From the NCBI GenBank assembly GCA_019828565.1, contig JAHDYR010000066.1, forward strand, positions 584,425-636,361: a stretch of DNA of 51,937 nt. The letters run 5' to 3'. The notes beneath the pieces are model-generated. The model worked only from the letters and a program-made list of their open reading frames with translations, did not search any database and had not been told where the DNA came from. The position numbers were made by a program, and so were the translations under genes. The stretch's first letter is position 1. Each line of letters opens with the position of its first letter. Below, piece by piece: positions 35,001-48,600 of this stretch. Source of the DNA: Carpediemonas membranifera BICM (taxonomy: Eukaryota > Protista > Fornicata).

Positions 35001-36417
35001 GCGTCAACAGGCAGAAGTGCCTCATCCTGACGAAGGCCGGATCACTTGGCAGACGGAGCGGACGCGCGTTGGGAATCCCCGTAGGAGACGACGCCGGCAT
35101 CTCCCAGGCAGTGGATGATATCTTCACGCGCATGGAGGAGGCGCTCGAACGCGTCGCAGAAATGACGGAGACCGTGGGGCCAAAAGCAGCCGCCGTAGCG
35201 ATCAACATGATCAGGTCATGCGTTCTACCGATGGCTTCAGCAGTATTTCGCAACGTGAGCCCGATCGGGCACGAATGCCGAACCAAAAGGCTCGAACACA
35301 CGCTGAGAACCGTTATCGGCCGCATACTTCAAGAAACGGACGTTTCAAATATCCCAAAAAGAACGCCTTGCACTTGATTATGATGACTACGGGCTTCGGA
35401 TTCCACTTCCCTCTCTCATTTGGCAATGTGCGTTTTTAGGAGCAGCGCACCAGCTGCACGCCCTAGGCATCACAAGGGCCATGGAGGAGGAGCTATTCGC
35501 TCCCAATGGGTGCCAGAGGTGGCCCAAGACCACCCAGGACCTGTTCGACATCGAGGCTGAAAAGCCACAGAAGAACCTCACAACGATGTTGGCAGAGACC
35601 TGGACGGCCAATTACCGCCCCAAGACACCCCACGACTTCAGTCTAGACCCCGAGGAGGTCTCCCCAGGGCCTCACCGACTGCAGCTCCCTCACCGCACCC
35701 GCCGCCGGAATCCTCAGGAAGGAGGCCAGCCTGAGCCCCCTGGACCTCGAGCACGTCTCATGCGACAGCGCGTTCGTCCCAATCGCCCGGGCACACCTCA
35801 ATGTCGCCCCATTCCGCGAAATGCCGGTCACATGTCCCCTTTGTGGCCAGCAGGATGTCACGTGGCGCCACGCCTTAGGGTGCGCCCACCTCAAGGAAGG
35901 CGCCATTACCGCACGCCACGACCACGTTAAGATGGCTGTGCACGACCTGGTAGCCCAGGACGACCTACGCGGGCGGCCCATTCCCCGTTGCCGTCCAGAG
36001 GTCGACCTCCGCGACACACACCCACAGTTCCGTGTCACCAACGCCGCAGCGCCCACACACAAGCGGGCCGACCTCAAGGTCTGGGGCGAGCGCGACGTGG
36101 TCGGAAACGCGGTACACGATGATGTATACGTGGACTTCTACTGCGGGCTGCACCCCCGCGACGCCGAGCTCGAGAAGACCAAGGAGTACGCCAACTGGGA
36201 CGTCACCTTCCTGGTCGCCGCCACCACCGTCGGCGGCGCCACAGAGTCCCGCCTGACCACGGACTGGGCGGTGCAGTTTTGCGACGCCATCGCACGGCCG
36301 CACCTGGCGGGAACCATGCGCGACCTGGTCTTCCTCAAGACTTGGGAGGGCAACATGACCGTCTGGAGCGACTACGTCACTCAGTGCAAGGCCCGCTGGG
36401 CCGAACTTCGCCCCTAA
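32064..36417 (+). CDS. Unit 8 RT-RLE polyprotein, subfamily C, frameshifted as assembled
   Basis: ORFs 31881-32900, 33090-33836, 34262-35377, 35481-35930 and 35821-36417. Confidence 0.88.
32739..33095 (+). repeat. 93-bp coding minisatellite, 3 copies plus a garbled fourth (unit 8)
   Basis: Core occurs 3 times; 33001-33095 is degenerate. Confidence 0.85.
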
Positions 36418-36613
36418 TCGCCTCACCAGAAATGTGCCGGAGTCGCGACTCGGCTGACTCGGCCACTCTAGGCTGCGTCGTCCCCGAGCCCCCTGCGCCT
36501 CCCGCCCCATCGCCGCATCGCATAACGCATCCCCTGCCCCTGCGCGAGAGTGGTTACCCCAAGTTCCGCGGAGTCGCGTGTCGTTCGGACAACCTGGGGA
36601 AGTAAATTCGGCC

Positions 36614-39600
36614 ATGGTATCCAGAGGAAAGTTGCTCGATTCGCCGCCGCAAGGCGACGAATCCTGCCATACATCCGATGAAGGACCAGGTGACACGAAT
36701 TACCAGAAACTAGCGCTGTTCGCTGCGCTCCTGCGCGTAATGGAAGAAATTCGTCAGCACTGCCCGAAAGGCTCGTGGCCGAAGACCGCTGAGGCCTTCA
36801 TCGAGGTTTGTATGAACAAAGATCGTTTATTGCGCCTTGTGACGGACAACAAACGCTTCTTCACGATCAACAACCTTTCTTTGATCACGGACTACGTTCA
36901 TGCGGCCACAAACCGCTTCGGGCCAGGCCATAAGCCGAAGGCATCCCGCCGTGATGACCACATCGCCAATGCCACTTCACTTCTTCACGCCGCAGCCACC
37001 AACCAGGTGTTCACTGCTACGATCTCGATTGATCGTGCCAACGAGGCCCTCGAGCGCGTGATACGGGGCAGAAGGACCGATGAGCAGCTCATGAGGGAGC
37101 ACCCTCGTCCGCTCCGCCCGTCCGAGATCGCCGCTCGCCGCGCCAAGACCGGGCGTCAGTCATACGCCCAACTGATCAGCCGTGTCGAGGGAGGCCCGCC
37201 CGGCAAGCCCTGCGCGAGACCGCACTGCCTTCCTCGAGGCAGAAGCATACGCGTGTCGCGTAGCTGCTGGCCGCGCAGACCGTCAACAGCAGGGTGATAG
37301 GCCCCCGAGCCCCACCCCTGCCCAGGCTGCCCCCACCGACTCCGCTGCCGCCCTAACTGGGCCGCAGCCCGCAGCCGCCCAGCGGGATGACCGGTCTACC
37401 GACACCACCCCCTGCCCAGGCTGCCCCCACCGACTCCGCTGCCGCCCTAACTGGGCCGCAGCCTGCAACCGCCCCGCAGGGTGATAGGCCCCCGAGCCCC
37501 ACCCCTGCCCAGGCTGCCCCCACCGACTCCGCTGTCGCCCTAACTGGGCCGCAGCCTGCAACCGCCCCGCAGGGTGATAGGCCCCCGAGCCCCACCCCTG
37601 CCCAGGTTGCCCCCACCGACTCCGCTGCCGCCCTAACTGGGCCGCAGCCCGCAGCCGCCCCGCAGGGTGACAGGCCCACGCGCCAGACCCCCGCCCAGGT
37701 TGCCCCCACCCAGCCAGAGGAGAGGAACATCGACGACACCGCAGTGTCCGAGTTCCTCTCCCTGGCGGGCGTCGAAGGCGGGGAAGGGGAGAGAGCTGAG
37801 CCAGAGACCGGGCACGAAGCCCGTGGTGACTCAGCCAACCCTCCCCTTCGCCCGCCGCCGCAGGCAAGCCAAGGCCCTGAACCACGTACATTTGTGTACA
37901 CAGGCCCTCCTGGCGCTCTTAACCAGATCACGGAGGCGCACCCTGGGCCAGCATCATCCACGCCTACCCAGGGGTGGCTGAGCCTGCCAAGCTGGATCGA
38001 CTCCGGCATAGGTTCACCGCAAACATCCCGACCCACCTGGTCGAGTCTCACTGGGGCTCGGCCGAGCAGGTAAGGTCCACACTCACGACAGCAGTCCGGG
38101 TCGGAGAAGTGTCCGGCGGGCAGAATGGCGTCCACAGGATGTCACGTGAACGCTGGACACAGCTTCTCGAGGGCCTCTTCGCGGACGAGCCGGACAGGCG
38201 GCCACCCTACAGCTTCCCGAAAGGGTTCCGCGAGTTCACACCAAGGTTGGTCTACTTCATGAGGGAGGCCTGCGGACTCCGGCAGGACCCCACAACCGGT
38301 GGTCCACCGCACACCAGACCCAGTCTGACCCAGCGGAGACCGAGAGCCGCACTCCTCCCCATGCCACCAACTGACCCCATCGCAGGCGACCTGCCCCTCG
38401 AACTGGCGTTCCTTCCCCATCCAGCTGAAGCCGGCCGTATCGGCCGATCAAAGCCATCGCGAAAGGCGGCAGCCAGGTTTGTGAACGGGCTGATCCAGAT
38501 GCTCGTGGCCCTTGCCAACGCCCCGGAGAGTCGGAAGCGAGAGGCGCTAGCCGCCGTCCTTCGGCACGCGCGGACCGTATACCGCCCTGGGAAGAAGGGC
38601 GTTTCTCTCCGGGCCCGCTCTCCGGAGCGAGCTGCATACTCGAAGGCCGCCGCAGGGTACTATTCAAGCGCCATGAAGGTCCTGCTTTCGGCGGAAATGA
38701 CACTGACACCGGGAGAGATCGACCAGAAGCTGGAGGAAATGCAGGCCACCCCACTTCACGATCCCCAGACACCGGCACTCACACCCCACACCGACGCACT
38801 GACGTCCTTTGAGATCACGTTCGAGGCGGTTGACGAAGCCCTAGGAAGGATGAGGGCGGACTCGGCACCGGGCCCATCCGGGCTGAGCTTCTTGCATCTC
38901 AAACTGGCCCACAGACTGCGGAAAGGCAAGCTTGTCCAGGCGCTGCTACCTCTCGTGAGAGATATCATCGCAGGAGAGGAGTACACAAGCATCCTCGCGC
39001 ACGCACGGCTCATCGCGCTACCAAAGGGCCAAGATCGCGTCAGACCCATCGCTATGGGCGAGTCTCTCCGACGCCTTGCCGCGAAGGTCCTTGCCTCAGC
39101 CGTCTCGGCCCGCCTCCGGGACGATGGGGTCTGCCCAGAGCAGTATGGGCTGGGTGAGAGCTGCGGCCTGGACATCATGACCAACAAGATCGCCGAGGCC
39201 TACGAGTCGGGCCACAAGGTCTGTGCTGTGGACATGTCCAATGCGTATGGCACAGTGTCCCGGGCTCACCTTCATGCAGTACTGCAGGCCTATGCCCCAG
39301 CCGCACTCCCATACTTCACTACGATGTACAGAGAGGGCAAGCTGCTTACGCCGACTGGCAAGGTCATTGACAGCCGCGAGGGCATCCACCAGGGTGACCC
39401 GCTCTCGCCCGCACTCTTCACGCTGGCAATGATGCCCATCCTGAAGAGCCTCCGGTCTCAGCTCCCGAGCGCCACCATTCTCGGGTACCAAGATGACTTG
39501 TACGGTCTCTTGCCCGCCCACGCGGACCAACGCTCGATAGAGACGTTCTACGTGCGAGTGGAAGCAGCATGCAAGGCCGTTGGTATGCGCGTCAACAGGC

Positions 39601-41003
39601 AGAAGTGCCTCATCCTGACGAAGGCCGGATCACTTGGCAGACGGAGCGGACGCGCGTTGGGAATCCCTGTAGGAGACGACGCCGGCATCTCCCAGGCAGT
39701 GGATGATATCTTCACGCGCATGGAGGAGGCGCTCGAACGCGTCGCAGAAATGACGGAGACCGTGGGGCCAAAAGCAGCCGCCGTAGCGATCAACATGATC
39801 AGGTCATGCGTTCTACCGATGGCTTCAGCAGTATTTCGCAACGTGAGCCCGATCGGGCACGAATGCCGAACCAAAAGGCTCGAACACACGCTGAGAACCG
39901 TTATCGGCCGCATACTTCAAGAAACGGACGTTTCAAATATCCCAAAAGAACGCCTTGCACTTGATTATGATGACTACGGGCTTCGGATTCCACTTCCCTC
40001 TCTCATTTGGCAATGTGCGTTTTTAGGAGCAGCGCACCAGCTGCACGCCCTAGGCATCACAAGGGCCATGGAGGAGGAGCTATTCGCTCCCAATGGGTGC
40101 CAGAGGTGGCCCAAGACCACCCAGGACCTGTTCGACATCGAGGCTGAAAAGCCACAGAAGAACCTCACAACGATGTTGGCAGAGACCTGGACGGCCAATT
40201 ACCGCCCCAAGACACCCCACGACTTCAGTCTAGACCCCGAGGAGGTCTCCCAGGGCCTCACCGACTGCAGCTCCCTCACCGCACCCGCCGCCGGAATCCT
40301 CAGGAAGGAGGCCAGCCTGAGCCCCCTGGACCTCGAGCACGTCTCATGCGACAGCGCGTTCGTCCCAATCGCCCGGGCACACCTCAATGTCGCCCCATTC
40401 CGCGAAATGCCGGTCACATGTCCCCTTTGTGGCCAGCAGGATGTCACGTGGCGCCACGCCTTAGGGTGCGCCCACCTCAAGGAAGGCGCCATTACCGCAC
40501 GCCACGACCACGTTAAGATGGCTGCGCACGACCTGGAAGCCCAGGACGACCTACGCGGGCGGCCCATTCCCCGTTGCCGTCCAGAGGTCGACCTCCGCGA
40601 CACACACCCACAGTTCCGTGTCACCAACGCCGCAGCGCCCACACACAAGCGGGCCGACCTCAAGGTCTGGGGCGAGCGCGACGTGGTCGGAAACGCGGTA
40701 CACGATGATGTATACGTGGACTTCTACTGCGGGCTGCACCCCCGCGACGCCGAGCTCGAGAAGACCAAGGAGTACGCCAACTGGGACGTCACCTTCCTGG
40801 TCGCCGCCACCACCGTCGGCGGCGCCACAGAGTCCCGCCTGACCACGGACTGGGCGGTGCAGTTTTGCGACGCCATCGCACGGCCGCACCTGGCGGGAAC
40901 CATGCGCGACCTGGTCTTCCTCAAGACTTGGGAGGGCAACATGACCGTCTGGAGCGACTACGTCACTCAGTGCAAGGCCCGCTGGGCCGAACTTCGCCCC
41001 TAA
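36614..41003 (+). CDS. Unit 9 RT-RLE polyprotein, subfamily C; best C copy
   Basis: N-terminal pieces plus the uninterrupted 1009-aa ORF 37974-41003, which spans linker, RT, CCHC and RLE. Confidence 0.93.
37290..37675 (+). repeat. 93-bp coding minisatellite, 4 copies (unit 9)
   Basis: Core occurs 4 times. Confidence 0.9.
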
Positions 41004-41200
41004 TCGCCTCACCAGAAATGTGCCGGAGTCGCGACTCGGCTGACTCGGCCACTCTAGGCTGCGTCGTCCCCGAGCCCCCCTGCGCCTCCCGCCCCATCGC
41101 CGCATCGCATAACGCATCCCCTGCCCCTGCGCGAGAGTAGTTGCTCGAAATTCCGCGGAGTCGCGTGTCGTTCGGACAACCTGGGAAAGTAAATTCGGCC

Positions 41201-44200
41201 ATGGTATCCAGAGGAAAGTTGCTCGATTCGCCGCCGCAAGGCGACGAATCCTGCCATACATCCGATGACGGACCAGGTGACACGAATTACCTGAAACTAG
41301 CGCTGTTCGCTGCGCTCCTGCGCGTAATGGAAGAAATTCGTCAGCACTGCCCGAAAGGCTCGTGGCCGAAGAACGCTGAGGCCTTCATCGAGGTTTGTAT
41401 GAACAAAGATCGTTTATTGCGCCTTGTGACGGACAACAAACGCTTCTTCACGATCAACAACCTTTCTTTGATCACGGACTACGTTCATGCGGCCACAAAC
41501 CGCTTCGGGCCAGGCCATAAGCCGAAGGCATCCCGCCGTGATGACCACATCGCCAATGCCACTTCACTTCTTCACGCCGCAGCCACCAACCAGGTGTTCA
41601 CTGCTACGATCTCGATTGATCGTGCCAACGAGGCCCTCGAGCGCGTGATACGGGGCAGAAGGACCGATGAGCAGCTCATGAGGGAGCACCCTCGTCCGCT
41701 CCGCCCGTCCGAGATCGCCGCTCGCCGCGCCAAGACCGGGCGTCAGTCATACGCCCAACTGATCAGCCGTGTCGAGGAGGCCCGCCCGGCAAGCCCTGCG
41801 CGAGACCGCACTGCCTTCCTCGAGGCAGAAGCATACGCGTGTCGCGTAGCTGCTGGCCGCGCAGACCGTCAACAGCAGGGTGATAGGCCCCCGAGCCCCA
41901 CCCCTGCCGATGCTGCCCCCACCGACTCCGCTGCCGCCCTAACTGGGCCGCAGCCCGCAGCCGCCCAGCGGGATGACCGGTCTACCGACACCACCCCTGC
42001 CCAGGATGCCCCCACCGACTCCGCTGCCGCCCTAACTGGGCCGCAGCCCGCAGCCGCCCAGCGGGATGACCGGTCTACCGACACCACCCCTGCCCAGGCT
42101 GCCCCCACCGACTCCGCTGCCGCCCTAACTGGGCCGCAGCCCGCAACCGCCCCGCAGGGTGACAGGCCCACGCGCCAGACCCCCGCCCAGGTTGCCCCCA
42201 CCCAGCCAGAGGAGAGGAACATCGACGACACCGCAGTGTCCGAGTTCCTCTCCCTGGCGGGCGTCGAAGACGGGGAAGGGGAGAGAGCTGAGTCAGAGAC
42301 CGGGCACGAAGCCCGTGGTGACTCAGCCAACCCTCCCCTTCGCCCGCCGCCGCAGGCAAGCCAAGGCCCTGAACCACGTACATTTGTGTACACAGGCCCT
42401 CCTGGCGCTCTTAACCAGATCACGGAGGCGCACCCTGGGCCAGCATCATCCACGCCTACCCAGGGGTGGCTGAGCCTTGCCAAGCTGGATCGACTCCGGC
42501 ATAGGTTCACCGCAAACATCCCGACCCACCTGGTCGAGTCTCATTGGGGCTCGGCCGAGCAGGTAAGGTCCACACTCACGACAGCAGTCCGGGTCGGAGA
42601 AGTGTCCGGCGGGCAGAATGGCGTCCACAGGATGTCACGCGAACGCTGGACACAGCTTCTGGAAGGCATTTTCGCTGACGAGCCGGACAGGCGGCCACCC
42701 TACAGCTTCCCGAAAGGGTTCCGCGAGTTCACACCAAGGTTGGTCTACTTCATGAGGGAGGCCTGCGGACTCCGGCAGGACCCCACAACCGGTGGTCCAC
42801 CGCACACCAGACCCAGTCTGACCCAGCGGAGACCGAGAGCCGCACTCCTCCCCATGCCACCAACTGACCCCCATCGCAGGCGACCTGCCCCTCGAACTGG
42901 CGTTCCTTCCCCATCCAGCTGAAGCCGGCCGTATCGGCCGATCAAAGCCCTCGCGAAAGGCGGCAGCCAGGTTTGTGAACGGGCTGATCCAGCTGCTCGT
43001 GGCCCTTGCCAACGCCCCGGAGAGTCGGAAGCGAGAGGCGCTAGCCGCCGTCCTTCGGCACGCGCGGACCGTATACCGCCCTGGGAAGAAGGGCGTTTTC
43101 TCTCCGGGCCCGCTCTCCGGAGCGAGCTGCATACTCGAAGGCCGCCGCAGGGTACTATTCAAGCGCCATGAAGGTCCTGCTTTCGGCGGAAATGACACTG
43201 ACACCGGGAGAGATCGACCAGAAGCTGGAGGAAATGCAGGCCACCCCACTTCACGATCCCCAGACACCGGCACTCACACCCCACACCGACGCACTGACGT
43301 CCTTTGAGATCACGTTCGAGGCGGTTGACGAAGCCCTAGGAAGGATGAGGGCGGACTCGGCACCGGGCCCATCCGGGCTGAGCTTCTTGCATCTCAAACT
43401 GGCCCACAGACTGCGGAAAGGCAAGCTTGTCCAGGCGCTGCTACCTCTCGTGAGAGATATCATCGCAGGAGAGGAGTACACAAGCATCCTCGCGCACGCA
43501 CGGCTCATCGCGCTACCAAAGGGCCAAGATCGCGTCAGACCCATCGCTATGGGCGAGTCTCTCCGACGCCTTGCCGCGAAGGTCCTTGCCTCAGCCGTCT
43601 CGGCCCGCCTCCGGGACGATGGGGTCTGCCCAGAGCAGTATGGGCTGGGTGAGAGCTGCGGCCTGGACATCATGACCAACAAGATCGCCGAGGCCTACGA
43701 GTCGGGCCACAAGGTCTGTGCTGTGGACATGTCCAATGCGTATGGCACAGTGTCCCGGGCTCACCTTCATGCAGTACTGCAGGCCTATGCCCCAGCCGCA
43801 CTCCCATACTTCACTACGATGTACAGAGAGGGCAAGCTGCTTACGCCGACTGGCAAGGTCATTGACAGCCGCGAGGGCATCCACCAGGGTGACCCGCTCT
43901 CGCCCGCACTCTTCACGCTGGCAATGATGCCCATCCTGAAGAGCCTCCGGTCTCAGCTCCCGAGCGCCACCATTCTCGGGTACCAAGATGACTTGTACGG
44001 TCTCTTGCCCGCCCACGCGGACCAACGCTCGATAGAGACGTTCTACGTGCGAGTGGAAGCAGCATGCAAGGCCGTTGGTATGCGCGTCAACAGGCAGAAG
44101 TGCCTCATCCTGACGAAGGCCGGATCACTTGGCAGACGGAGCGGACGCGCGTTGGGAATCCCCGTAGGAGACGACGCCGGCATCTCCCAGGCAGTGGATG

Positions 44201-45499
44201 ATATCTTCACGCGCATGGAGGAGGCGCTCGAACGCGTCGCAGAAATGACGGAGACCGTGGGGCCAAAAGCAGCCGCCGTAGCGATCAACATGATCAGGTC
44301 ATGCGTTCTACCGATGGCTTCAGCAGTATTTCGCAACGTGAGCCCGATCGGGCACGAATGCCGAACCAAAAAGGCTCGAACACACGCTGAGAACCGTTAT
44401 CGGCCGCATACTTCAAGAAACGGACGTTTCAAATATCCCAAAAGAGCGCCTTGCACTTGATTATGATGACTACGGGCTTCGGATTCCACTTCCCTCTCTC
44501 ATTTGGCAATGTGCGTTTTTAGGAGCAGCGCACCAGCTGCACGCCCTAGGCATCACAAGGGCCATGGAGGAGGAGCTATTCGCTCCCAATGGGTGCCAGA
44601 GGTGGCCCAAGACCACCCAGGACCTGTTCGACATCGAGGCTGAAAAGCCACAGAAGAACCTCACAACGATGTTGGCAGAGACCTGGACGGCCAATTACCG
44701 CCCCAAGACACCCCACGACTTCAGTCTAGACCCCGAGGAGGTCTCCCAGGGCCTCACCGACTGCAGCTCCCTCACCGCACCCGCCGCCGGAATCCTCAGG
44801 AAGGAGGCCAGCCTGAGCCCCCTGGACCTCGAGCACGTCTCATGCGACAGCGCGTTCGTCCCAATCGCCCGGGCACACCTCAATGTCGCCCCATTCCGCG
44901 AAATGCCGGTCACATGTCCCCTTTGTGGCCAGCAGGATGTCACGTGGCGCCACGCCTTAGGGTGCGCCCACCTCAAGGAAGGCGCCATTACCGCACGCCA
45001 CGACCACGTTAAGATGGCTGTGCACGACCTGGTAGCCCAGGACGACCTACGCGGGCGGCCCATTCCCCGTTGCCGTCCAGAGGTCGACCTCCGCGACACA
45101 CACCCACAGTTCCGTGTCACCAACGCCGCAGCGCCCACACACAAGCGGGCCGACCTCAAGGTCTGGGGCGAGCGCGACGTGGTCGGAAACGCGGTACACG
45201 ATGATGTATACGTGGACTTCTACTGCGGGCTGCACCCCCGCGACGCCGAGCTCGAGAAGACCAAGGAGTACGCCAACTGGGACGTCACCTTCCTGGTCGC
45301 CGCCACCACCGTCGGCGGCGCCACGGAGTCCCGCCTGACCGCGGACTGGGCGGTGCAGTTTTGCGACGCCATCGCACGGCCGCACCTGGCGGGAACCATG
45401 CGCGACCTGGTCTTCCTCAAGACTTGGGAGGGCAACATGACCGTCTGGAGCGACTACGTCACTCAGTGCAAGGCCCGCTGGGCCGAACTTCGCCCCTAA
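41201..45499 (+). CDS. Unit 10 RT-RLE polyprotein, subfamily C
   Basis: ORF 41141-42922 reads in frame from the ATG through the minisatellite into the linker, supporting a single ORF; it continues as 43168-44460 and 44564-45499. Confidence 0.9.
41876..42165 (+). repeat. 93-bp coding minisatellite, 3 copies (unit 10)
   Basis: Core occurs 3 times, in frame. Confidence 0.9.
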
Positions 45500-45696
45500 T
45501 CGCCTCACCAGAAATGTGCCGGAGTCGCGACTCGGCTGACTCGGCCACTCTAGGCTGCGTCGTCCCCGAGCCCCCCTGCGCCTCCCGCCCCATCGCCGCA
45601 TCGCATAACGCATCCCCTGCCCCTGCGCGAGAGTGGTTACCCCAAGTTCCGCGGAGTCGCGTGTCGTTCGGACAACCTGGGAAAGTAAATTCGGCC

Positions 45697-48600
45697 ATGG
45701 TATCCAGAGGAAAGTTGCTCGATTCGCCGCCGCAAGGCGACGAATCCTGCCATACATCCGATGAAGGACCTGGTACGTCTATTGACAAGCGATTAGCGCT
45801 GTTCGCTGCTCTTCTGCGGTGGATTAACGATTTCCATCCATCCAGCTCGAAGAACTCTTGGCCGAAGGATACTGAGGCCTTTATTGAGATCTGCATGAAC
45901 AAAGAACGTCTATTGAGCCTTATTTCGGATTACAAGCGTTTCTTCACGGTGAGCAACTTGGTTTGGATAACCAACTACGTTCACGCGGCGACAAATCGCT
46001 TCGGCCCCGGCCACAAGGTGAAAGCTTCCCGCCGCGACGATCACGTCGCAAATGCTGTCGCCATTCTGCACGCTGCAGCCACTGATCAGGCGTTCACATC
46101 AACGCTCACCATCGAACGTGCGAACGAGGCTCTTGAGCGTATGATCGAGCACGCCATCGACCCAGTGAAAGCGAGAAGGATGAACCTCCTTCAGACTGTC
46201 CGAGGCCCTCAGAGGACGACGTCTGTAACCGCCTTGGTGAAGCGGGTCCAGCATGCGCCCCGCCCAGCCAGCCCACCGAATGCGGGCATCGCCCGCGAGT
46301 ATGCGAGGGCCGATGCCTTCGCCCGACGCCAGGGAGACCGGCCCCCGAGCCCCACCCCTGCCCAGGTTGCCCCCACCGACTCCGCTGTCGCCCTAACTGG
46401 GCCGCAGCCCGCAGCCACACAGCAGGGAGACCGGCCCCCGAGCCCCACCCCTGCCCAGGTTGCCCCCACCGACTCCGCTGCCGCCCTAACTGGGCCGCAG
46501 CCCGCAGCCACACAGCAGGGAGACCGGCCCCCGAGCCCCACCCCTGCCGATGCTGCCCCCACCGACTCCGCTGCCGCCCTAACTGGGCCGCAGCCCGCAG
46601 CCACACAGCAGGGAGACCGGCCCCCGAGCCCCACCCCTGCCCAGGTTGCCCCCACCGACTCCGCTGCCGCCCTAACTGGGCCGCAGCCTGCAGCCGCCCC
46701 GCAGGGTGACAGGCCCACGCGCCAGACCCCCGCCCAGGTTGCCCCCACCCAGCCAGAGGAGAGGAACATCGACGACACCGCAGTGTCCGAGTTCCTCTCC
46801 CTGGCGGGCGTCGAAGGCGGGGAAGGGGAGAGAGCTGAGCCAGAGACCGGGCACGAAGCCCGTGGTGACTCAGCCAACCCTCCCCTTCGCCCGCCGCCGC
46901 AGGCAAGCCAAGGCCCTGAACCACGTACATTTGTGTACACAGGCCCTCCTGGCGCTCTTAACCAGATCACGGAGGCGCACCCTGGGCCAGCATCATCCAC
47001 GCCTACCCAGGGGTGGCTGAGCCTGCCAAGCTGGATCGACTCCGGCATAGGTTCACCGCAAACATCCCGACCCACCTGGTCGAGTCTCATTGGGGCTCGG
47101 CCGAGCAGGTAAGGTCCACACTCACGACAGCAGTCCGGGTCGGAGAAGTGTCCGGCGGGCAGAATGGCGTCCACAGGATGTCACGCGAACGCTGGACACA
47201 GCTTCTCGAGGGCCTCTTCGCGGACGAGCCGGACAGGCGGCCACCCTACAGCTTCCCCAAAGGGTTCAGGCAGTTCACGCCGAGGTTTGTGTTCTTCATG
47301 AGAGAGGCATGCGGTCTTCCGCCGGACCCTAGTGCTGAGGCCCCGCCCCATGCCGGGCCCAGCCAGCCCCCACGGAGACCGAGAGCAGCGCTCCTGCCCC
47401 TGCCGCCGGCCGACCCTCTCGCGGGCGACCTGCCGATCGAGCTGTCATATCTGCCTCACCCCGCGGAAGCCGGACGCATCGGCCGGGCGAAGCCCTCACG
47501 GAAGGCTGCCGCGGGATTCGTGAACGGGCTGATCCGGCTGCTCGTGACCCTGGCGAACGCGCCGCAGAACCGGAAGCGGGAGGCGCTAGCCGCCGTCCTT
47601 CGGCACGCGCGGACAGTATATCGCCCTGGGAAGAAGGGGATCTCCCTCCGCACCCGCTCCCCAGAGCGAGCTGCATACTCGAAGGCCGCCGCAGGGTACT
47701 ATTCAAGCGCCATGAAGGTCCTGCTCTCTGAGGAGATGACACTCACGCCGGGTCAGATCGACCAGAAGCTGGAGGAGATGCAGGCCGCCCCGCTGAGAGA
47801 TCCCCCAGACGCCGGCTCTCACACGCCGCGCCGACGCGCTCACGTCCTTTGAGGTCACCTTCGAGGCCGTAGACGAGGCGCTGGGGAAGATGAGAGCGGA
47901 CTCGGCCCCCGGCCCATCCGGGCTGAGCTTCTTGCATCTGAAACTCGCTCATCGACTCCGGAAGGGCCAGTTGGTGCAGGCACTCCTGCCCCTTGTGCGC
48001 GACATCATTGCCGGCGAGGAGTACACGGGTATCCTCGCTCACGCACGGCTCATCGCACTGCCGAAGGGCGAAGATCGGGTCAGACCCATCGCCATGGGCG
48101 AGGCGCTCCGGCGCCTGGCCGCGAAGGTCCTCGCCTCGGCCGTCTCGTCGCGTCTCCGTAATGACGGCGTCTGCCCTGAGCAGTACGGGCTCGGCGAGAG
48201 CTGCGGCCTGGACGTTATGACCGCGAAAATTGCGGAAGCGTACGACGAAGGGCTCAAGGTCTGTGCTGTTGACATGACTAACGCCTACGGAACCGTGTCC
48301 CGCGCCCACCTCCGTGTGGTGCTCGAGGCGCACGCCCCAGCCGCCCTCCCCTATTTCTCCACCATGTATGGCGAGGGCAAGCTGCTGACCCCGACCGGGC
48401 ACGTCATAGCCAGCCGAGAGGGCATCCACCAGGGGGACCCCCTGTCCCCAGCCCTCTTCACGCTGGCTATGACGCCCCTCCTCGGCAGCCTCCGGTCGCA
48501 ACTTCCCAGTACGACCATCCTCGGCTACCAGGACGACGTGTACGGGCTGCTGCCCCGGCAGGCAGACCAGCGGACGATCGATACATTCTACGCGCGTGTG

